Notes under the pieces: generated by a model
Database searches by the model: none
Seen by the model: only the letters and a program-made list of their open reading frames with translations
Told to the model about the DNA's origin: nothing
Origin: Phenylobacterium sp.
Lineage (GTDB): Bacteria; Pseudomonadota; Alphaproteobacteria; Caulobacterales; Caulobacteraceae
DNA: 64,000 nt
NCBI RefSeq assembly: GCF_030681155.1
Contig: NZ_JAUXXE010000042.1
Span: 19,638 to 83,637, forward strand
Direction: 5' to 3'
In this document: positions 24,154 to 33,326 of the stretch, in pieces
Layout: every line of letters starts with the position of its first letter
How positions within the stretch are numbered: the first letter of the stretch is position 1
Position numbers and translations under genes: made by a program

Positions 24154-24280
24154 TTCCTCTCCCTCGGGAGAGGCTAGGTGAGGGGGCGGCGCGTAGCGGC
24201 GCTCAACTGTCGTCAGCCTAGCGAGGCCGGTGGGGCCAAGTCCCTCACCCGACCTCTCCCCGGCGGGGAGAGGAGAAGAG
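24154..24280. repeat. MITE/REP-like palindromic element, family 2, copy 1
   Basis: The terminal inverted arms are TTCCTCTCCCTCGGGAGAGGCTAGGTGAGGG and CCCTCACCCGACCTCTCCCCGGCGGGGAGAGGAGAA. It fills the gap between the MFS stop and the transglycosylase stop. A second copy lies at 29734. Confidence 0.8.
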
Positions 24281-24281
24281 T

Positions 24282-25556
24282 TTATAACGCGCCGGCCTCT
24301 ACGTTCAGGCGCCGCACCATCTCCATCGAGAGATAGCCGTCGGCCGTCAGGCCACGGGCCTTCTGCCAATTGCGCAGCGCCGTGCGGGTGTTCACGCCGA
24401 CCACCCCGTCCGGTTCGCCCGGATTGAAGCCCAGCCGCAGCAGGGCGGTCTGGGCGGCGATGCGGTCGCCGATCGCCAGGGGCGTCTCATAGGGCCAGGG
24501 CCTCACCAGCGGGCCGCCGCCAGCGAACCTGTCGGCCAGCAGGCCGATGCCCAGGGCGTAGGACGTGGAGTTGTTGTAGGTGCGGATCGCGAAGTGGTTC
24601 GGCAGCAACAGGAAGATCGGCCCGCTGGCGCCAGCGGGGGCGACGAGCTGGGCCTTGGCGCCCTGGTCGGCGGGCGACCACCCGCCGCCATCGGCGGGCT
24701 TTACGCCAAGCTGGGCCCACCAGTCGGGCGTCTCGCGTGGACCTTCGGTCAGGCTGTAGTCGAAATCGGCGGGCAGGGTGACCTCGCGGGCCCAGCTCTG
24801 GCCCCGCACCCAGCCGCCCTTGGCCAGCAGATTGGCGGCCGAGGCCAGGGCGTCGTGGCTGGACCCCCAGATGTCGCGCTTGCCGTCTCCGTCGCCGTCT
24901 ACGGCGGTCGTGAGGTAGTTGGAGGGCAGGAACTGGGCCTGGCCCATGGCGCCGGCCCACGAGCCCTTCAGCTGGCTGCGCGAGGCCTCGCCTGAGCTGA
25001 TGATCTTCAGGGCGGCGATCAGCTCGCCCTCGGCGAAGTTCCGGCGGCGGCCGTGATAGGCGAGGCTGGCCATGCAGCGCACCACGTCGAAGTCGCCCTG
25101 GACGGCCCCGAACGCGCTCTCCATGGCCCAGACGGCGATCAGGATGTCGCGTGGCACGCCATACTTCTGTTCCACCGCCGGCCAGAACGGCAGTTCGGTC
25201 CGGTAGCGGCGGCCCCGTGCGATGCGCTCGTCGCTGACCGTGCCCTTTATGTAGTCGCCGATCGGCTTGGAGAATTCCGGCTGGGCCGAATCGAGGCTGA
25301 TGACCCGGGGATTGGGGGTGACGCCCGCCAGTTCGCGGTCGATCAGGGCGGCGGGCAGGCCGGCGCCTATCGCCTTGGTGCGGAACTGAGCGCGCCAAGC
25401 GTCGAACCCAGCATCGACAGATGGAGCCGGCGGGGCCGGAGTCTCGGGCGTGGGCGTAGGCCCTGGCGGCGGGACTTGGCTCGGCGCATCGGGTTTGGGC
25501 GGCGCGGGGCCTGCGCAGCCGGCGAGAAGCAAGACAAGAAAGATACGACGGTCCAT
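24282..25556 (-). CDS. lytic murein transglycosylase (MltB-like) with C-terminal peptidoglycan-binding domain
   Basis: It has a lipoprotein-like N-terminus LLLAGC, then AMESAFG...GAMGQAQFLPSNY and a C-terminal LLRLGFNPGEPDGVVGVNTRTALRNWQKARGL. Confidence 0.85.
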   Translation of the reverse strand: MDRRIFLVLLLAGCAGPAPPKPDAPSQVPPPGPTPTPETPAPPAPSVDAGFDAWRAQFRTKAIGAGLPAALIDRELAGVTPNPRVISLDSAQPEFSKPIGDYIKGTVSDERIARGRRYRTELPFWPAVEQKYGVPRDILIAVWAMESAFGAVQGDFDVVRCMASLAYHGRRRNFAEGELIAALKIISSGEASRSQLKGSWAGAMGQAQFLPSNYLTTAVDGDGDGKRDIWGSSHDALASAANLLAKGGWVRGQSWAREVTLPADFDYSLTEGPRETPDWWAQLGVKPADGGGWSPADQGAKAQLVAPAGASGPIFLLLPNHFAIRTYNNSTSYALGIGLLADRFAGGGPLVRPWPYETPLAIGDRIAAQTALLRLGFNPGEPDGVVGVNTRTALRNWQKARGLTADGYLSMEMVRRLNVEAGAL

Positions 25557-25626
25557 AAGGCAACCTAGCGAGGCGTTGCGGCGGCCCCAATCACAAGGCC
25601 GCTATCGGTTGCGATAGCTCCAGGCG

Positions 25627-25655
25627 TTGACTCAAAAGCCTCAGCCCCGTATACG
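25627..25655 (+). promoter_or_regulatory. candidate sigma-70-type promoter for rpmJ
   Basis: TTGACT lies at 25627-25632 and TATACG at 25650-25655, with a 17-nt spacer, about 55 nt upstream of the rpmJ ATG. Confidence 0.35.
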
Positions 25656-25710
25656 CGCCCGCTCTGTAATAACCCCCTGGGCGAAAGCCCGGCGCCCGAG
25701 AATTAGGTCC

Positions 25711-25836
25711 ATGAAGGTCAGAAGCTCGCTCAAGTCGCTCAAGACTCGCCACCGCGACTGCAAGCTCGTGCGTCGCAAGGGCGTGGTGTACGTCATCAAC
25801 AAGACCGATCCCCGCTTCAAAGCCAAGCAAGGCTGA
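25711..25836 (+). CDS. rpmJ: 50S ribosomal protein L36
   Basis: This is the internal ATG of ORF 25627-25836: [41 protein letters not shown] (41 aa). Confidence 0.9.
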   Translation: MKVRSSLKSLKTRHRDCKLVRRKGVVYVINKTDPRFKAKQG

Positions 25837-25837
25837 G

Positions 25838-26452
25838 ATGCCTGAGGCGGCTGTCAAAGCCGTCTTGTGGGACATCGGTAATGTCGTCGTGCGCTGGAAT
25901 CCGCGCACGCTCTACGACAAGTTCTTTAAGGAACCGGCCGAAGTCGACCGGTTCCTTTCCCATGTCTGCAACATGGAATGGCACGTCGCTCACGACCTGG
26001 GCGTGACGTTCGCCGACAATCGCGCGCGGCTGTTGCCGCAGTTTCCGGAATATGCCGACGCCATCCACGCCTGGGAAACCCGGTGGTGGGAGATGTTCTC
26101 CGGCGCGATCCCGGAGACCGAGGCCGCCATCGAGGCGCTGCACGCCGCCGGCGTGCCCCAGTACGGCGTCACCAACATGTCCCAAGAGACTTTCGCCGGG
26201 ACGATCGCCATGAGCCCGGCTTTCAAGCGGTTCCAGGATTATGTGGTCTCGGCGCATGAGGGCGTAATCAAGCCCGACCCGGCCTTCTACGCTCTGGCCT
26301 GCGAGCGCTTTGGCCTGGCGCCCTCCGAGGTGTTGTTCTTCGACGACTCGGAATGGAACGTGCGCGCGGCCGAGGCCTTCGGCTTCGACGTCCATCACTT
26401 CACAGATCCCGCCGCGGTGCGACCGGCCCTGGAAGCGCGCGGGCTGCTCTAG
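25838..26452 (+). CDS. HAD-superfamily hydrolase (subfamily IA-like)
   Basis: It reads AVLWDIGNVVVRW...VTNMSQETF...LFFDDSEWNVRAAEAFGF and starts 1 nt after the rpmJ stop. Confidence 0.8.
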   Translation: MPEAAVKAVLWDIGNVVVRWNPRTLYDKFFKEPAEVDRFLSHVCNMEWHVAHDLGVTFADNRARLLPQFPEYADAIHAWETRWWEMFSGAIPETEAAIEALHAAGVPQYGVTNMSQETFAGTIAMSPAFKRFQDYVVSAHEGVIKPDPAFYALACERFGLAPSEVLFFDDSEWNVRAAEAFGFDVHHFTDPAAVRPALEARGLL

Positions 26453-26484
26453 GTCACCTCTCACGCAAATTGAGCTTGCCTAAA

Positions 26485-26510
26485 ATATGAATGATACGTC
26501 ACATTCATAT
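26485..26510. promoter_or_regulatory. 26-bp palindrome, candidate TetR operator upstream of the serine-hydrolase/TetR operon
   Basis: It reads ATATGAATG-atacgtca-CATTCATAT with perfect 9-bp arms. It is an AT-rich island in high-GC DNA, 46 nt upstream of ATG 26556. Confidence 0.4.
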
Positions 26511-26555
26511 CAACGAGCGGTCGCGAACACACGCGGCCCGAGGCGAGGGAATTCG

Positions 26556-27776
26556 ATGCGGAACATCCTGATGGCCGGCGCTGTGGCGCTGGGGGCGATT
26601 TCTGGCGGACAGGCGTGGGCCGAAGGCGGCGTCGGCGTGCGCGGGACCTGGGGCGAGCCGCAGAATTCGGCCGCCGCGTTTCACAATATGGAAGAGCTGT
26701 TCCCCTCGCGGCGGATCGCGCCGGGCGACAAGCCGATGGCGCTAAAGTCACCGGCCGCGCCGTTCGCGGCGTCCTATGACTTCAAGGGCAAGACCCACGA
26801 CCTTGAGGCGTTCGCCGCCAACACCCGCACCACGGGTTTGCTGATCATGCGCGGCGATCAGATCCTCTATGAGCGCTACTATCAGGGCTCGGCGCCGGAC
26901 AGCCGCTTCATCTCCTTCTCGGTCGGCAAGTCCTTCGTCTCCAGCTTGATCGGCATCGCCCTGGCCGAGGGCAAGATCCGCAGTCTCGACGACAAGATGA
27001 TCGACTACCTGCCCGAGCTGAAGGGCGGCGCCTATGAGACCGCGACCATCCGCGATGTGCTGGAGATGTCGTCGGGCACCTCGTTCGACGAGGAATACAC
27101 CGACGCCAAGTCCGGCATCGGCGGCTTCATCGCTCTGTTCGACCAGAACAAGGGCGGCCTCTACGACTATTCCCGCAAGTTCAAGAGCGCCCGCAAGCCG
27201 GGCGAGAAGTTCAACTACGCCAGTGCCGACACCGAGATCCTCGGCGCGTTGCTCGCCAAGGTCACCGGCCAGCGGGCGGCGGACTACATGTCGGAAAAGC
27301 TCTGGAAACCGATGGGCGCCGAGGGCGAGGCCCGCTGGATCCTGGACCAGCCGGGTGACGCAGGTCGAGAGATCGCCGCGGGCGGCCTGCTCATCCGGCT
27401 GCGGGACTACGCCCGCTTTGGCCAGCTGGCCGCCCACGACGGCGCGGTCGACGGACGCCAGGTGCTGCCCAAGGGCTGGATCGCCCAGGCCACCCAGCCG
27501 CAGCGGCCGCAGGTTGGCTACGGCAAGCTCAGCGAAGGTCCTCTGGGCTATGGCTACCAATGGTGGCTGATCCCTGGCGCCGACCGCGCCTTCACCGGCG
27601 AGGGGATCTACGGCCAGTTCCTGATGGTCAACCCGGCCCTGGATCTGGTGATGGTGAAGACCAGCAACTGGACGGGCGCGTGGGACGCCGAAATGTCGGA
27701 GGAGACCTTCGCGCTCTTCCAGGCGCTGAGTGAACAAGTGCGCGCCATGCCGGCCCAGCAGCCGCCGACTCCATGA
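26556..27776 (+). CDS. beta-lactamase-family serine hydrolase (secreted)
   Basis: From ATG 26556 it has a signal peptide MRNILMAGAVALGAISGGQAWA and an SxxK motif FSVGKSF. A GAGGGA SD precedes it. Confidence 0.8.
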   Translation: MRNILMAGAVALGAISGGQAWAEGGVGVRGTWGEPQNSAAAFHNMEELFPSRRIAPGDKPMALKSPAAPFAASYDFKGKTHDLEAFAANTRTTGLLIMRGDQILYERYYQGSAPDSRFISFSVGKSFVSSLIGIALAEGKIRSLDDKMIDYLPELKGGAYETATIRDVLEMSSGTSFDEEYTDAKSGIGGFIALFDQNKGGLYDYSRKFKSARKPGEKFNYASADTEILGALLAKVTGQRAADYMSEKLWKPMGAEGEARWILDQPGDAGREIAAGGLLIRLRDYARFGQLAAHDGAVDGRQVLPKGWIAQATQPQRPQVGYGKLSEGPLGYGYQWWLIPGADRAFTGEGIYGQFLMVNPALDLVMVKTSNWTGAWDAEMSEETFALFQALSEQVRAMPAQQPPTP

Positions 27777-27790
27777 TAGGAGAGGGGGTG

Positions 27791-28450
27791 ATGAGCACGA
27801 TCCTCACCCCTCGAAAACTGCCCACCCAGGCTCGGGCCAAGGCTCGCATCCAGCGGGTTTTGGACGCCACCCAGGCGATCTTGAACCGGGACGGGCCGGC
27901 GGCGGTGACGACCCCGGCCATCGCCGCGGCGTCCGGCGTGTCGGTGGGGTCGATCTACCAATACTTCCCCAACAAGGAGGCCATCATCCTGGCCCTCTAC
28001 GAGGCCCGCCTGACGCATATCCGGCAGGTGGCTTCGGAGGCGATGGACGATGGCGAAGGTGACTGGCGCGCATTCTTCCGCAAGTGGATCGCGCGAGTGA
28101 AGGCTGAGGAGGAAGCGGTCGGCTACGGCCTGTCGATGAGCGCGGCCTTCGAGCAGTTCCCGAAACTGGCCGAGATCGAGCCGTTGCACGCCGAGCAGAT
28201 GGCCGAGGGCGTGGTCGCTCAACTCAAGCAGTTCGGCTCGGACTGGCCCGACGAGGCGCTCTTCGACCTGGCCATCTACGCCTACTATCTGGACGCGGCG
28301 ACCTGGCGCTATTGGACGGCCGCCGAGGCGCGCTTGCCGCAGGGCGTGGACCGGCTGATTGAAACCATCATCACCGTGCTCGCGCCGGCCATGGACGGCG
28401 GAGCCCCGCCAGCCCCGCCCTATGTGCGTCGCCGTCTCAGCCGTTCCTGA
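27791..28450 (+). CDS. TetR/AcrR family transcriptional regulator
   Basis: ATG 27791 is preceded by AGGAGAGGGGG. The HTH reads [47 protein letters not shown]. Confidence 0.85.
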   Translation: MSTILTPRKLPTQARAKARIQRVLDATQAILNRDGPAAVTTPAIAAASGVSVGSIYQYFPNKEAIILALYEARLTHIRQVASEAMDDGEGDWRAFFRKWIARVKAEEEAVGYGLSMSAAFEQFPKLAEIEPLHAEQMAEGVVAQLKQFGSDWPDEALFDLAIYAYYLDAATWRYWTAAEARLPQGVDRLIETIITVLAPAMDGGAPPAPPYVRRRLSRS

Positions 28451-29021
28451 CGAACTCCAGGAACTCCTGACGGGTGCGGGGATCGTCGCGGACCTCGCCC
28501 AGCAGATGGCTGGTGGTCAGGCGCGAGCCGGGCGTGTTCACCCCGCGCATGGTCATGCAGCTATGCTCCGACACGATGACCACCCCGACGCCCTTGGGAT
28601 GCAGGATGTCCTGGATGGCGCCGGCGATCTCGGCGGTCAGCTTTTCCTGGATCTGAAGTCGTCGGGCGAAGCCGTGGACCACGCGCGCCAACTTGGAAAT
28701 GCCGACCACCCGGTTCGACGGCAGGTAACCGACGTGAGCCTTGCCCAGGAACGGCAGCATGTGGTGTTCGCAGAAACTGACCACCCGGATGTCGCGCAGG
28801 ACCACCAGCTCGTCATAGCCGCCGACCTCGTCGAAGGTCCGCTCGAGGTATTCGCGTGGATCGGTCTCGTAGCCTGAGAACAGCTCCTTGTAGGACCTGG
28901 CCACCCGCGCGGGCGTGTCCAGCAGGCCTTCGCGATGGGGATCGTCGCCCGCCCACTCGATAAGGGTGCGGACCGCCGCCTCGGCCTGCTCTTGCGTCGG
29001 ACGGTGCTTGGATTGGGGCAT
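28437..29021 (-). CDS. folE: GTP cyclohydrolase I
   Basis: It reads [13 protein letters not shown]...[22 protein letters not shown]...[12 protein letters not shown]. The likely start is ATG 29021 (MPQSKHR). It overlaps the convergent TetR gene by 14 nt. Confidence 0.95.
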   Translation of the reverse strand: MPQSKHRPTQEQAEAAVRTLIEWAGDDPHREGLLDTPARVARSYKELFSGYETDPREYLERTFDEVGGYDELVVLRDIRVVSFCEHHMLPFLGKAHVGYLPSNRVVGISKLARVVHGFARRLQIQEKLTAEIAGAIQDILHPKGVGVVIVSEHSCMTMRGVNTPGSRLTTSHLLGEVRDDPRTRQEFLEFVRNG

Positions 29022-29152
29022 GGGGAACTCCGCGTCGATCCGTCTCAACGAATAGGCTGCAGCTAAGGTTCAGCGGGCGGATGACATGCCCGCGTCTCGC
29101 CGCTAGGTTCGCGCGCCTTTCCGCCACCCCAGACCTGTGAGACCTTGATCCC

Positions 29153-29419
29153 ATGTCCGACGACTCCGCCCACGGCGATATCCTGAACCAAGCCGCCCAG
29201 GGCCAGCTCAAGAGCATCATTGAACGTATCGAGCGCCTCGAGCAGGAGAAGTCGGAGATCGCCGAGCAGATCAAGGAAGTCTTCGCCGAAGCCAAGGGCA
29301 ACGGCTTCGACGTGAAGATCCTGCGCAAGGTGGTCCGCATCCGCAAACAGGACCGCGCCAAGCGCCTCGAGGAAGAAGCGATCCTCGACCTGTACCTGTC
29401 GGCGATGGGAGAGATTTGA
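29153..29419 (+). CDS. gapR: DUF2312 nucleoid-associated protein GapR
   Basis: It reads [72 protein letters not shown], very close to my recollection of Caulobacter GapR. Confidence 0.9.
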   Translation: MSDDSAHGDILNQAAQGQLKSIIERIERLEQEKSEIAEQIKEVFAEAKGNGFDVKILRKVVRIRKQDRAKRLEEEAILDLYLSAMGEI

Positions 29420-29733
29420 AGCGAGCCCCACCCGACCGGAAGGAGCAGGCCAAGCGGGCCGCGCTGAACGCATTGAAGCGTGTCCGCCGCCAGGCGGACC
29501 GCGCCGATGTGAAGCTTTCGGATTGGGAGGGGGAATTCCTCGGCTCGGTCGAGGAACGCGTGAAGACCTACGGCCGCGCCTTCGGGGATCCTGAGAAGGG
29601 CGCGGCCGGCGAGGCGCTGTCAGCGCTTCAGGCGGTGAAGCTCAAGGAGATCGCCGCCAAGGCCAAGGGCGAGAAGAAGGAACTGCAAAGGCGGCCCTTC
29701 AAGCGCCGCGCCAAGCCTTATTCAGAAGACTGA
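29416..29733 (+). CDS. basic hypothetical protein, coupled to gapR
   Basis: A TTG start overlaps the gapR stop (TTGA). The 105-aa product is Lys/Arg-rich: ...[30 protein letters not shown]... I do not recognise a family. Confidence 0.5.
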   Translation: MKRAPPDRKEQAKRAALNALKRVRRQADRADVKLSDWEGEFLGSVEERVKTYGRAFGDPEKGAAGEALSALQAVKLKEIAAKAKGEKKELQRRPFKRRAKPYSED

Positions 29734-29857
29734 ATTCCTCTCCCTCGGGAGAGGTTAGGTGAAGGGCGACGCGTCGCGGCGCTCTAATCCCTCGGTGAGG
29801 TTGAGTGGCTGACGCCGCCCCCTCACCCGACCTCTCCCCGAGGGGAGAGGAGAAGAG
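29734..29857. repeat. MITE/REP-like palindromic element, family 2, copy 2
   Basis: The arms are TTCCTCTCCCTCGGGAGAGGTTAGGTGAAGG and CCCTCACCCGACCTCTCCCCGAGGGGAGAGGAGAA. It lies between two convergent stops (29733 and 29861). Confidence 0.8.
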
Positions 29858-29860
29858 CCG

Positions 29861-31354
29861 CTACGCCGCGGCCGTCGCGCCGTCCGTCTCGGACGCGCCC
29901 TTGATGTTGTCTTCCAGCCCTTGCTCGCGGACCTTCCGATAGAGGGTCGAGCGGCCGATGCCGAGCCGGCGTGCGACTTCGCTCATGTGACCGGCATAGA
30001 TCTCGATGGCCAGGGCGATCAGGTCGCGCTCGATCTCTTCCAGGGTCCGCAGATGGCCGCGGTGGTCAAGGATGCGGACAGGAGCGTCCGCCGGCATTTC
30101 GGCGACCAGCTCTTCGGCGGTCGGCAGAATGGCCGGACGCTGGCTGGCGACAGCCTCGAACGCTTCGGGCGGCGGCGCGGCGACGCCCGAGATCGCCGGG
30201 AAGTCGAACGGCTGCAGATAGGGCGCATCGGCCAACACAATGGCGCGATAGACCGCGTTCTCCAGCTGGCGGACATTGCCCGGCCAGTCATAGGCGGTCA
30301 GGAAGGCCAGGGTCTCAGCCGAGGCGGCCACGACGCTCTTGCCCTCTTCGACGTTGAAGCGGCGGATGAAGTGGTCGACCAGGGCCGGGATGTCCTCGCG
30401 CCGCGTGCGCAGGGACGGGGCCTCGATCGGGAAGACGTTCAGGCGATAGAACAGGTCCTCGCGGAACAGCCCGTCCTTCACGGCCTGGGCCGGGTCGCGG
30501 TTGGTGGCAGAGACGATGCGGACATCGACCTTGATCGAGCGTTTGGAGCCGACCGGGTCGATTTCGCTTTCCTGCAGGGCGCGCAGCAGCTTGACCTGCA
30601 TGTCGAGCGGCAGTTCCCCCACCTCGTCGAGGAACAGGGTGCCGCCATTGGCTTCCTGGAACTTGCCCAGGTGCTTGTCGGTGGCGCCGGTGAAGCTGCC
30701 CTTCTCGTGGCCGAACAGAATCGATTCCACCAGATTCTCGGGCAGGGCGCCGCAGTTCACCGCGATGAACGGCTTGCCGGCGCGGTCGGAAGACCCGTGC
30801 ACGGCGCGCGCGATGACTTCTTTGCCGACGCCGCTCTCGCCGGTGATCAGGATCGGGATCGACGACTTCGCCGCCCGTTCGCCCATGCGCTTGACCATGG
30901 TCATGGCCGGAGAGTCGCCGACCATGTCGGCGAAGCTGGCGCGGCCGGTGGCGTGCTTCTTCAGCCGGTCGACCTCGCCCTTCAGCGCGCCCATCGACAG
31001 GGCGTTGCGGATCGACACGAGGATGCGTTCCGGGCTGGCCGGCTTGATGAAGAAATCGCTGGCGCCGGCCTGCATGGCCTGGACGACGGTGTCGATGCCG
31101 CCGGTCGCGGTCAGCACGATCACAGGTTGGGCGAAGTTGCGGGCGCGCATTTCGGCCAGGGTCTCCTGGCCGCTCATGCCGGGCATGACCAGATCGAGCA
31201 GGATCACATCGACCGGTGAACCCGATTGCAGACGCGTGATAGCCGTCTCGCCGCTCTCGGCGTGGACCACGGCGAAGCCTTCGCGTTCCAGCACGGCCTG
31301 GATCAATCTGCGCTGCGTCGGGTCGTCATCGACGACGAGGACCGTCTTGGTCAT
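29861..31354 (-). CDS. tacA: sigma-54-dependent response regulator, TacA-like
   Basis: From ATG 31354 it has a receiver domain ([17 protein letters not shown]...[11 protein letters not shown]), an AAA+ domain ([10 protein letters not shown]...GAFTGA-like GSFTGA...ESELFGH-like [10 protein letters not shown]) and a C-terminal HTH. Confidence 0.85.
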   Translation of the reverse strand: MTKTVLVVDDDPTQRRLIQAVLEREGFAVVHAESGETAITRLQSGSPVDVILLDLVMPGMSGQETLAEMRARNFAQPVIVLTATGGIDTVVQAMQAGASDFFIKPASPERILVSIRNALSMGALKGEVDRLKKHATGRASFADMVGDSPAMTMVKRMGERAAKSSIPILITGESGVGKEVIARAVHGSSDRAGKPFIAVNCGALPENLVESILFGHEKGSFTGATDKHLGKFQEANGGTLFLDEVGELPLDMQVKLLRALQESEIDPVGSKRSIKVDVRIVSATNRDPAQAVKDGLFREDLFYRLNVFPIEAPSLRTRREDIPALVDHFIRRFNVEEGKSVVAASAETLAFLTAYDWPGNVRQLENAVYRAIVLADAPYLQPFDFPAISGVAAPPPEAFEAVASQRPAILPTAEELVAEMPADAPVRILDHRGHLRTLEEIERDLIALAIEIYAGHMSEVARRLGIGRSTLYRKVREQGLEDNIKGASETDGATAAA

Positions 31355-31482
31355 TTGAAACACCCACACACCTGGAACGGACGCTCGTTTCGCCGATGGA
31401 CTGGTCGAACGAGGCTCTTCTTGACCCGGATTGATACAGGCGCGGGGTAAAGGCGGGGTTTCGGAGTCCTGAGTCGGGGGTT

Positions 31483-31520
31483 AACGGGCATGGTTACGTT
31501 CGGTAAACCATGCCCCCGTT
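31483..31520. terminator. strong hairpin immediately after the marR stop
   Basis: It reads AACGGGCATGGTT-acgttcggta-AACCATGCCCCCGTT, with a 10-bp perfect core. There is no U-tract. Confidence 0.4.
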
Positions 31521-31522
31521 GA

Positions 31523-31987
31523 TCAGGTCTGAATCCGCTCCAGCAAAGACTTTAGCGTCTCGATCTCGGCGGCGGAGAAACCTCTCACCAGTTCGCGATC
31601 ATGTTCGCGAACCAGCTCCACGATCTGTGGCAGCCTCTCTTCGCCCAAGGGCGACAGGAACAGCGCCTGGGCCCGCGCATCGCCCGGGGCCGGCCGCCGC
31701 TCAATCAGGCCTTGCAGGCTAAGCGCCTCGACAATGGCCAGCACGCCGGAGCGGGCGATACCCATGACGCTGGCCAGTTCGGTCTGCTTCAGGCCCGGGT
31801 TCGACGCGATCAGCACCAGGGCCGAGAAGCGTTGGGTGGTGACGCCCAGGCCCCCCAGTTGGGCGTCAAAGGCTTCAGTCATGCGGATCTGCGCCCGGCG
31901 CAGGCCATAGCCGACCAGTTCGTCCAGGACCCCATATTCGATGCCCGGCCGATGCGGATCGAACTGGCGTTTTTCGTCGTGACTCAT
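31523..31987 (-). CDS. MarR family transcriptional regulator
   Basis: The winged HTH reads FSALVLIASNPGLKQTELASVMGIARSGVLAIVEALSLQGLIERR. The protein is 154 aa and is divergent from the monooxygenase. Confidence 0.9.
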   Translation of the reverse strand: MSHDEKRQFDPHRPGIEYGVLDELVGYGLRRAQIRMTEAFDAQLGGLGVTTQRFSALVLIASNPGLKQTELASVMGIARSGVLAIVEALSLQGLIERRPAPGDARAQALFLSPLGEERLPQIVELVREHDRELVRGFSAAEIETLKSLLERIQT

Positions 31988-32059
31988 CGCGTCCTCACCC
32001 TCGCATCATTCGACGATCCTCAGGTCCATCGCAACGGAGCGTTGAAGTCCAAACTCATA

Positions 32060-32078
32060 TTGTTATGGTGCATAACAA
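32060..32078. promoter_or_regulatory. candidate MarR operator
   Basis: It reads TTGTTATG-gtg-CATAACAA with perfect 8-bp arms, in the 109-nt divergent region 19 nt upstream of ATG 32097. Confidence 0.4.
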
Positions 32079-32096
32079 ATAGCGTTCGGGAGGACG

Positions 32097-33326
32097 ATGA
32101 ACATGCGGGCAGTCGTCGCCGGCGCTGGGATAGGCGGCCTGACCACCGCCCTGGCCTTGCATGCGGCCGGTCACGAGGTGGAGGTCTTCGAGGCCGCTCG
32201 CGAGATCCTGCCGCTGGGCGTGGGCATCAATCTGCTGCCGCATGCCGCAGAGGTCTTGGCCGAGCTTGGCCTGCTGGACGACCTTCTCGCGCGCGGCGTC
32301 GCGACCCGCGAACTGGTCTATTTCAACCGCCTTGGCCAGCGGATCTGGGCCGAGCCGCGCGGCGTCCTGGCCGGTCACACCGCGCCGCAGGTCTCCTTGC
32401 CGCGCGGGGTGCTGCAGTCGGTCCTGTTGGAGGCGGCCATCGCGCGGCTGGGGCCAGATCGCGTCGGCTGCAATCGGCGGCTGGCCGGGCTCAGCCAGGA
32501 CGAGCGCCAAGTGACGGGGCGGTTCGTCAGCGCCGAGGGCGAGACCTTCCGGCCGTCCGCCGATATCCTAGTCGCCGCTGACGGAATTCACTCGTTCGCC
32601 CGGGCCGCCTTCTATCCAGATGAAGGGCCGCCGACCTATTCCGGCCGCATCCTATGGCGCGCCACGACCTGGGCCGCGCCGTTTCTCACCGGCGCCAGCA
32701 TGATCATGGCCGGTCACCAGGACCAGAAGTTCGTCGCCTATCCGATCGGCGCGCCACGCGCCGACGGCTTGCAGCAGATCAACTGGATCGCCGAATTGAG
32801 GATCGCGCAAAGCTTGCGGCGTGAGGACTGGAACCGGCGCGGCGCGCTGGAAGATTTCCTGCCGCGCTTCGAGGACTGGCGTTTCGACTGGCTGGACGTG
32901 CCTGGCCTGATCGAAGGCGCCGAGGCGGTCTACGAATATCCGATGGTCGATCGCGATCCACTGACGCGCTGGAACCACGGCCGGGTCACTTTGCTGGGGG
33001 ACGCCGCCCATCCGATGTATCCGATCGGCTCGAACGGGGCGAGCCAGGCGATCCTCGACGCTCGCGCCTTGGCCCATGCGCTTAGCGCCAAGGCCGAGCC
33101 GGCGGCGGGATTGGCGGCCTATGAGCAGGCGCGTCTCTCGGCCACCGCCGCCATCGTCCTGGCCAATCGCGGCAATGGTCCAGAGCAGTGCATGCAACTG
33201 GCCCAGGAGCGGGCGCCTGACGGCTTCGACCGTGTCGAGGACGTGTTCGCGCCGGGCGAACTGGAAGCGATGGCCGCCCGCTACAAGGTGCTGACTGGCT
33301 TGCGCGCCCAGGAGGCATTGCAATGA
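32097..33326 (+). CDS. FAD-dependent aromatic-ring monooxygenase (salicylate/3-hydroxybenzoate hydroxylase-like)
   Basis: It has a GxGxxG motif (VVAGAGIGGLTTALAL), then ILVAADGIHS and LLGDAAHPMYPIGSNGASQAILDA. Confidence 0.85.
   Translation: MNMRAVVAGAGIGGLTTALALHAAGHEVEVFEAAREILPLGVGINLLPHAAEVLAELGLLDDLLARGVATRELVYFNRLGQRIWAEPRGVLAGHTAPQVSLPRGVLQSVLLEAAIARLGPDRVGCNRRLAGLSQDERQVTGRFVSAEGETFRPSADILVAADGIHSFARAAFYPDEGPPTYSGRILWRATTWAAPFLTGASMIMAGHQDQKFVAYPIGAPRADGLQQINWIAELRIAQSLRREDWNRRGALEDFLPRFEDWRFDWLDVPGLIEGAEAVYEYPMVDRDPLTRWNHGRVTLLGDAAHPMYPIGSNGASQAILDARALAHALSAKAEPAAGLAAYEQARLSATAAIVLANRGNGPEQCMQLAQERAPDGFDRVEDVFAPGELEAMAARYKVLTGLRAQEALQ

Noticed and set aside
31481-31500. A possible CtrA box (TTAAC...GGTTAC) upstream of tacA.
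   Set aside because: The spacing between the TTAA-like half-sites is 9 nt, not the 7 nt of TTAA-N7-TTAAC. The sequence is better explained as the stem of the marR-distal hairpin at 31483-31520.
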